This document shows positions 56,081 through 64,000 of a DNA stretch of 64,000 bases, piece after piece. Below the pieces are notes generated by a model. The model ran no database searches and was not told where the DNA came from. It was given only the letters and a program-made list of their open reading frames with translations. A program made the position numbers and the translations under genes. The DNA comes from Euprymna scolopes (Eukaryota). Where the stretch lies: the NCBI GenBank assembly GCA_053919585.1, contig CM132803.1; one strand, given 5' to 3'. Position 1 is the stretch's first letter, and each line of letters begins with the position of its first letter.

Positions 56081-58480
56081 ATGATAATATTACAATCATA
56101 CATCCTTATGTGTATCTTGCCTCTGTTTAAGTGCATAGATCTCACATATTATGTTGAGGAAGGTATAAGTCCTGGAACTTACTTAGGAGATATAGGTATT
56201 GACTCAGAAGTGATGAAAGACACATCTCCAGATGAACAAAATAAAATTACTTTTAGCCTGTTACAACAAGGTGTCATTGGTACTTCTCCAATGTTTAGAA
56301 TTTCAGAAGAATCAGGAAAACTCTACACAGCTCAAACTCTAGATGCTGAGACTATTTGTACTTTTAAAAAAGAATGTTTTAAAATGGTTGATATTGCTGT
56401 TCAAAAAACAACAACTGTTTTTAAATTGTTAGAAGTGAAAGTGATTATACAAGACATCAATGATCATCAACCTGAATTTCCAGATAAAAAAGTTAATATT
56501 GAGTTTTCTGAAGGTGACCGAAAAGGAATGAGAAAAATTATCGCAAATGCAATAGACAGAGATGTTGGTGTTCTCAATTCTCAAATAACCTACCATTTAA
56601 AAAGAAACAAAGATGAACCTTTTTCGTTATCAGTTGCAAAAAACGTCGATGGTACATCAAGATTGGATATAAATTTAGAAAGCCAACTCGACAGAGAAAT
56701 AAAAGATTCCTACAAGATTCAAGTGATTGCAAAAGATGGTGGATCTCCAGCAAAACAAAGTACATTAGATGTTCTTATTACAGTGACAGACGTCAATGAT
56801 AATGCTCCAATCTTTACTCAAAATGTTTATAATGTTACTGTTAACAACATGGTTGATACTAATAAAGCTGTGGCAACATTATCGGCAAAAGATTTGGATT
56901 CAGGTAAAAATGGAATGATTTCATATTATTTTAGTAGTAAAACTTCAGATATTGGCAAAAACATTTTTACAATTAATGAAGATTCTGGAGAAATATTTTT
57001 CAATAAAAAGATAGAATTCATGCAGCAATCAACATATGAACTATATGTTAAAGCCGAAGATAAAGGTGACCCTCCACTCAGTTCTATTGTAATGGTTGTA
57101 GTAAATTTAATTAATCAGCAGAATAATCCTCCAAGTATTAAAGTAAATTTTGTTTCAACATCAAAGGACAACACAGTTGATATTTCTGAAGACATAAAAG
57201 TTGGTAGTTTCATTGCATACGTGAAAGTAATTGATACGGATATTGGCAATGATGGAGAGGTTAGTTGTTATCTTTCACATAAAAAATTTCAGCTTCGCAA
57301 TATGGGCACACAGAAATATCAAGTTATAGTAAAAGATTATTTAGACAGAGAGAGGAATGACCATCATGATATTATCATCGATTGTAAAGATAAAGGAAAT
57401 CCTCCATTGAAAAGTAGAAGTAAATTTTCAGTCCAAGTGATGGATGTGAATGATGAGCAGCCACAATTTTCTAAACAATTATTTAAATTCTTCATTGATG
57501 AAAACCAGAGATCAAAAATTCCTATTGGCACAATCAATGCCACAGATCCAGACTTGGGACTTGGAGGTAAACTGTCTTTTTCTTTAGTGAGCACCAATAA
57601 ACAATTTGTACCATTTCGAATCACTGAAAATGGATTAATCTCTTCAATTATGTCTTTAGACCATGAGTTTCAAGATACTTATAATTTTGAAGTGTTTGTA
57701 AAAGACAAAGGAAGTCCATCATTGAATAACACAGTGAATGTGATTGTTAAGGTGAGAGATGAAAATGATAATGCTCCATATTTCACATTTCCCAGTGTTA
57801 ATCCTTATAATATGGATGTAACATATTACCCACATCATACAAAGAACATCAGCCAGATAAAGGCATCAGACAGTGACAGTCAAGAGAATGCATTTCTAAA
57901 ATATGAAATAATCAGAGGCAATAGCAAACAGATATTCAGCATCAACCAGTACACTGGTTTGTTATGTTCAACTCATGTCCTAAGCCAACAAGATGCTGGC
58001 TCATATGAGCTGGAATTTCTAGTGAAGGACAGTGGTAGCCCAGTTCTATCAGCCAGAACTACTGTATATTTGACACTGACCGTAAGCAACAAGACATCAG
58101 AAATGTTAAATGCTGTTAACATAAAAAAAGATAACAAGATCCACCTGACTTCAGCAATTATCATTGTGTCTGTAGCAGTGACAATAGCTGTGATCATTAC
58201 AGCTTCAATCTCAGTGTGTATCCTTCGCTGTTGCAATCCTCGAAGTGTTCCAGTAGCAGAAGGTGGATATGTGAGTAGTGGTCAGAGACATTTGATAAGT
58301 CCTCCTTACCCAGCCAATCCTTGGTCTAATGTTGCTCTTCCTACAAGTGATGCAGTTGATATGAGAAGAAACAGTCAACCACCAACACCCAGAATGCAAA
58401 CTCATCCTTACTCAAGCAATCAACAAATGCTGTCGTCTCAAGCACCAAAACCACAGCTACCTGCAGACTCCGTTTCACAG
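56081..58480 (+). CDS. Protocadherin g6 exon 2
   Basis: Acceptor ends 56037; ATG 56081; six cadherin repeats and TM; donor CAG|GTATAT after 58480. Confidence 0.93.
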
Positions 58481-59035
58481 GTATATTGAATAGTTTCCAC
58501 ACTTTACATTAGTTGCATATAATTTTGTATGTAACACCTTTTCCTTATTTATTTTTATATGAATATATACGGGAATATCTAAAAAATAAATTACATTCAT
58601 AAACATTTCTCATATAACTATATAAAACTATTGAAATTCACATTGTTTTTTTACTTACTTTCTAATATAAAATATTAATATTTGTATTTTTATCATAAAA
58701 TTAAGGAAGAATTATATTCATAAATGTTCAGCATATTTGCTTTATTTCATAAACCTGTACTGTTAATCAGAAGTAAAACAATGATATGAATAATTCAATT
58801 CAAATATTCTAGTAACAACTATTTTTGTATGTCATATTATAATTGCAAAAGTTCTTGGATCTTTTTATTGGACTTTTTATTGGACTATATAAAAACAAAT
58901 AATGCTATAATAACTTTGTAATTTTAGTAATTCTTTTAAAGTATAATATTTTTTCTGGATGAAATTAATTGAAAAAATTAAAGAAATTTTATATAATGTT
59001 TAAGAAATTTTTAAGATGGTGATTGATAATTTCTA

Positions 59036-59395
59036 TTATTTGGACTACTATATTATTTGTTTTATTCACAGTGTTTCAGTTGATGTAACCTCTGACCTAC
59101 TTTAGGTCCATCTTTTTGAAGTTGGGAATTCTTGTCAAACTCGGAAACCTGTACAAAATTTTTAACAAAAACTTTTTATTTAATCCATACGACTGAAGAA
59201 GAACTGATTTTTAATCAATATTTCTAATCGTTAATTCATATGTCCAGGTTTTAGTTGTTCAAAATTCTGAACAGGTTCCCAAATTCGACATAAAACTTCT
59301 CAAGTTTGAATAGAAGACTTCCAAGTTTGAAAAGAAATATGGAGCTTACATTGTTGTGAATATAACGACCGATATGAAAATATTAGACCGCATAA
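59036..59395. mobile_element. Degenerate interspersed element with inverted termini (same family as ~6695 and ~43830)
   Basis: Left ATTATTTGGACTACT...TTATTCACA versus right TGTGAATATAAC...TTAGACCGCATAAT; core TTTATTTAATCCA. Confidence 0.45.
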
Positions 59396-60774
59396 TCTAA
59401 ATAACACAAAGAATTATGATATTTAACTAATTTGTTTTTCTTATAAGTAAAACGTCATAAGTCTGTTTCAGCAAATTGTCTTTTTACACACTGGTGTAAG
59501 GGAGAAAACTCATAATGCCTTAAATGTATCATTACTAATTTTACAATAAGGTGGAACATCTAGATATGAAATTTATTGGTTCCAGCTTGGCTTTTGTATC
59601 TTGAAATTTGTGTATCCTGAAAGGGATTTTATACAGAAATCCTCTAATCCATTTGAAGCCCTATTTAAACACTCTTTTATAATAAGTGTAAAACCAGTAT
59701 GAAATAAAAGCCAAATAATACATAACTTAACCATTAATACTTTCACTTGCTAATTATTTTTGGTGAACTTGTACAATGCACACATACCTTATATATTTTT
59801 TCTTTTCGTTTTTTTTTAAATTTTTTCAGCAGCTTATTGTCGATTGAACACTAATCTACCAGATTATACCCCCACCAAAATGCAAAAAATTCAATATTTA
59901 AATATTTTTAGGGGGTGTTTAGTTTCTAATACAATGTGTGTACGATAAAAATTAAAACAGAAAAGTTTTCTTCAATCTATATTCTTCAAATGTGGTGAAA
60001 ACTGTATGCATACATTGACTTTTCAAATTTTAAAATAATCTTAATTATGGGGGATAGGTAAGTAGAAAAAATAAATTCAAATTCCAGAAAAAATGTTTTC
60101 CAGATAAAAATCAACACGAATATTTCCAGAAAATAGCTAAAAAAATTTAAAACCCTGACTTTAAATAGATTTTAAAGACTTAGCTGCCTGAAAAATATTC
60201 TTTCTGTCATTCGTATCTTTCATATTCTGAAAATTTGACGTATGCAAGGATAAAAAAATTCTCACATCACGTTTTGTAAGTTGAAAATTTCATAAGCAGG
60301 GTCTTTCCTATCTAGTGGTTCCACTGTATCAGAAACACATTTATTCTTTTATAAAATTGCATATAAACGTTAATTATCGAGTTAAAAAGCATGTAGACAT
60401 ACTGATATTATCAGTTTAAAATGTTCAAGTTGTAAATTATTACTGTCAGTATTTAAAAAAATTTTCATATGTTCAAAACAAGTTACTTTGAAAATCCTTT
60501 GAATGAATTAGAATTTAGTTTTGTGCAAACATTTGTAATTGATCAGTGAGAAATAGTGGGTGAAATAAATGGAAGGCAGAATAACTAAGAAGAGCAGAAA
60601 TGCAATTACATTGGAATAAATCAGAACAAAGTATAACAATATAATTTAGCAGCTATTTTTACCTCCACTATGTAAGAACAATTTTTAAGTTACTTTTATT
60701 TTGATTTCTGATTGCAGATCTCATTCAGTGTTGTAATGTTGCATCACTTATATTGACTTCTGTCTTTTTGTTAG

Positions 60775-60937
60775 ATGTATCTTCAAGATGTAGCTTTACC
60801 TGCTGGCAGGGACAGAAACAAGAAAAGAACTGAAAGGACCCAAGACTATTCAAGTGGAAAATCTATTAAATCTTCACAAAACCCAAATAGACTTGTTTGG
60901 AGTGAAGAAGAGACATTACAAACGGAAAATATAACTG
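60775..60937 (+). CDS. Protocadherin g6 exon 3
   Basis: ttag|ATGTATCTTCAAGAT to G|GTAAGT; 163 nt, near-identical to g4 exon 3. Confidence 0.9.
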
Positions 60938-61605
60938 GTAAGTTTTAAAAGATTTTACAAGAAACACAAAAACATTTTATTTCTATTCCAGCATGTTTAA
61001 TTCTTTCAACTATCAGCAAAACATAAAAACAGTGAACTTGTTTACAAAAAGAAACAAATAAAAAATCAGAAAGGCATTGTGGTAGATTTAATTTTATAAT
61101 GAAATTATTTTTTATAGGAGTTTTAAGGGATTTGTTTTCGTATTTATACCAGGGAAATTTTTATTTCAATAAATAACTGATTAGTAAATATGTAGAGGCA
61201 AAAAACGTAGACATGAAGAAAAAGAAATACAATTTTGTTGCTTTAGAGATAAATCAGTTTTACAAATTGTTCAGTATATTAAAGTAAGCAGTTATTCTCG
61301 TTCATTAAAATATTAATATTTCCAAGTATGTTGGTATTTATGAAGGATGATAGCAATGCAGAAAACCTGGAATGGTAAAAGAAAGGATGAACAAAAACAA
61401 ACAAAGACAATATTTGAAGTAGTAATCTTCATAATTATTTATTTGTTTTTCAATGGATCTTTCATATATTATATCAACATTTCTTTCACTTTTTTCACAC
61501 GTTTTATTGCATTGGCTTCTTGAATGTGGTTAGCTATATCAATTTTTTTCTTCTTTTTTTTACTTTTAGTTTTTATTTCAGTTCATTTTCTTTCTTATTT
61601 TTCAG

Positions 61606-61895
61606 ATCAGAGTACGTCCCAATATTGTAATCCGCCTCCATCACAAAGTGACTTACTGCAGACACCAGTGATGCGGCCATTAGAACAAACCATCAATTAT
61701 CCAAGTGATACTACAATTGTAGCAAGGGGCTTCTATACATCTTACATGAATGAACATAATCTCCAAACAGATTCAAAGAATTACTCAGGTGTTGATAGTA
61801 GCAGTCTCCCTGAGCGATGTTCACAATCAAGAAACGTACCTGCAAGTGGTAGTCAGTCCTCAATTAACAGGCCATTGCCTCCTGTACCTCACTAA
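61606..61895 (+). CDS. Protocadherin g6 terminal coding exon
   Basis: ttcag|AT CAG AGT; DQSTSQYCNPPP...NRPLPPVPH-TAA; spliced product 950 aa. Confidence 0.9.
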
Positions 61896-62710
61896 TTATA
61901 CATTACATAGATGCTTATATTGAATAATTATTTGAAAACTCTGTATGATTTACAAATAATTATTTAATTCAAATAATTCAACTTCAAGTAAATCAATTAC
62001 TTTATTTGATAAGAAATGAAATTATTTTCATTTACATTTATTACTGAAAATTCATTTAGATAATTAATATTAAAATTAATTTTGTAAAATTATATTTTAT
62101 AAAATATATTTTTACAATTAATTTTAATTCCTATATATTATATTTCTGTTAATTTATTTAAACAAGAATGTAATCTTGATCAAAACTTTATTTATATTCC
62201 CTTATGTTATATTTTTAAAGTGACAGTGCTTAGAAAGTCTAAATGTACAGAAAAACGTATACTTTTTATTTAGAAAATTAAAAATAATATAGTTTTAATT
62301 AAAAGGTTAGTAAATTAATATTTTTTACTAAGAACTTGAATTTTAATTTTTCAAATTTAATTTAACTATTATATAGTTTATAGAGAGAAAGAAACGAAAA
62401 TAAAACTGTCTCGTTTTTCTTTGTTAGATAGTGTGGAAGTGTAAGAGCCTATTGAAGCAGTAATAGAAAGAAGAAAGCAGTCCTTGATAGAAGAGTAGCT
62501 TCCATGGATATTAGTGTTCTGGGTGGTTTTTGATATTTAATTAACAATCACATTTTTTTTTACATGTATATGCGTTTCTATTATTTTTATGAATTTTCTA
62601 TTTATTTATTTTATGAAATTATTTTAGTTATCAGTATTTAAAAAATGTTATATAACTGTTTCGTAGTATTCAATAAGAAATAACTGGCCTATCACAAAAA
62701 AAAACATATA

Positions 62711-62850
62711 GTAGCCATTACACAGGCATCACACTACATAGGACACATAGTTTCTTTGTAAAAGACATTATAATGTTGGATCATCTGATTATTATAAAGG
62801 ATACATCAATTAGTATAACCACCTTGTCTTAAGACGATTTAAGAACAAAG
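62711..62850 (+). promoter_or_regulatory. g7 conserved promoter/5' element and putative non-coding exon 1
   Basis: GTAGCCATT(62711)-N19-TAGGAC(62739); donor AAAG|GTAAGT after 62850; similar to the g5 region. Confidence 0.7.
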
Positions 62851-63077
62851 GTAAGTTAAAATTTTATTTATGTTCTATAATAAAGAATGCAAACGGCATG
62901 CAGATATAAAACATGATCGACCATTGTTATATCAACAAATTTGTTTTATAATAACTAGAACAGCACTTTTTTATCTTTGATAAATTATTCTGAAATATTA
63001 TTCAAAATATTTTCCTATTTTTTCTTTAAATTATTTTTTTTTACAATAGATGAAATAAAATATCAAAAAACAAAATA

Positions 63078-63122
<45 letters not shown>

Positions 63123-63626
63123 CAAATCTCAGTAATATTTCAATATCGTTTGTGCATCCATGTTAAGAATCTTTGTTCATAAATTCTAATACCATGTTGA
63201 TATTGACAATTATATTGTAGACTGACAGATATTTACAATTTTTCCTAGTGTATTATTCATTTGTTTTTTAATCATTTAAAATTAATATTTTAAAAAAAGT
63301 CTAAAATAATTTATTTTTTATTTATAAAATAAATAAAAATTTAGATAGAGTAATTTATTTTTATTGATATTTGCAAGGTAGTATTTGGTATTTAGAAAAA
63401 AATTGACCTGGCTAAATACATTACATGTCTGAGGTTGTTAGTTAAGAATTTTCAGACACACATTTATATATGCATGTATATAATCAAATTTTGCAGCTAG
63501 AAGTCTTTGGTAATATTATCTGCATAGAATGTTTATTTTTGTAGTATTATCAGTCATACTAACATTTTATGACTTATAGTTTCTCAGATGCATAACACTG
63601 TACATGTTTTGTTTTTTTAATTTAAG

Positions 63627-64000
63627 ATGCTGAAGATGTTTCTGAAAACTTGCATTAACTTCTACATCTTACACCTTTGTGTGTGTATGGATCTCACTTA
63701 CTATGTGGAAGAAGGGAAAAGTCCAGGTACTTACCTGGGAGATGTTGCTACTGACTCTCTTGTCTTGAAGGACATATCACCTCAAGATGCTCATCAAATT
63801 AGTTTTGGTCTTTTGCAAAAAGGTGCCACTGGCAGTTCACCATTATTCCGAATCTCTGAGAAATCTAGCAAACTCTACACTGCCCAAACATTAGATGCTG
63901 AATCACTTTGCCTTTTCAATAAAGAATGCTTTCAAATGGTTGACGTAGCAGTGAGGAAAGGAACCACTGTTTTCAAATTGTTAGAAATCAAAGTTATCAT
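63627..64000 (+). CDS. Protocadherin g7 exon 2, 5' part (runs off window)
   Basis: MLKMFLKTCINFYILHLCVCMDLTYYVEEGKSPGTYLGDV...LDAESLCLFNKEC; close paralog of g5/g3. The frame is open to the window end, so it is missing from the ORF track. Confidence 0.9.
   Translation, partial: MLKMFLKTCINFYILHLCVCMDLTYYVEEGKSPGTYLGDVATDSLVLKDISPQDAHQISFGLLQKGATGSSPLFRISEKSSKLYTAQTLDAESLCLFNKECFQMVDVAVRKGTTVFKLLEIKVI

Noticed and set aside
5278-58405. Recurrent minus-strand ORFs (MIRNGTNC..., MQQRRIHT..., MGLHSGCWW...) in each gene
   Set aside because: Antisense shadows of the protocadherin frame. They recur only because the underlying DNA is near-identical, so there is no independent evidence of coding.
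6574-58489. ORF-track C-termini past SVSQ/TLSQ suggesting single-exon genes
   Set aside because: All six diverge immediately after a conserved CAG|GTA donor, and conserved in-frame exons follow. The extensions are intron read-through.
874-61895. Vertebrate-style variable exons spliced to one shared constant exon set
   Set aside because: Each gene has its own complete exons 3-4 before the next promoter. No shared constant exon is visible in the window.
2071-62744. CRISPR-like or recombination-signal reading of the repeated gapped motif
   Set aside because: Single copies about 8-12 kb apart, each tied to a splice donor, in a eukaryotic locus. There is no array structure, paired signal or recombinase, so a promoter element is the simpler explanation.

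Overview
AT-rich animal genomic DNA containing a head-to-tail tandem array of protocadherin genes, all on the + strand. The architecture resembles the coleoid cephalopod (octopus-like) protocadherin expansion, but the taxon is inferred, not shown. The window holds the last exon of one gene (g0), six complete genes (g1-g6, predicted 948-956 aa) and the start of an eighth (g7). Each gene has the same layout: a putative non-coding exon 1; a large exon 2 (signal peptide, six cadherin repeats EC1-EC6, TM, proximal tail); a 157-163 nt exon 3; and a 284-290 nt terminal coding exon. There is no shared constant exon. Main observations: (i) a 944-bp tract starting at the EC4/EC5 boundary and covering EC5, EC6, TM and the proximal tail is about 99% identical in all six genes, while EC1-4, introns and downstream exons diverge, i.e. 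a 'constant region' apparently kept by gene conversion; (ii) a bipartite fixed-spacing element G(C/T)(A/G)GCCATT-N19-TAGGAC lies in front of all seven gene starts; (iii) a hypervariable ~10-aa patch in EC2 distinguishes sister paralogs; (iv) all EC3-side calcium-binding motifs of the EC3-EC4 junction are lost; (v) the tails end in an RPLPP(V/L)P SH3 ligand and carry two YxN motifs. Introns contain decayed transposons (Gypsy LTR, CR1-like and RTE-like LINEs, Helitrons, a MITE, inverted-repeat elements). Exon boundaries were read by eye from splice signals and cross-paralog homology, with no transcript data.
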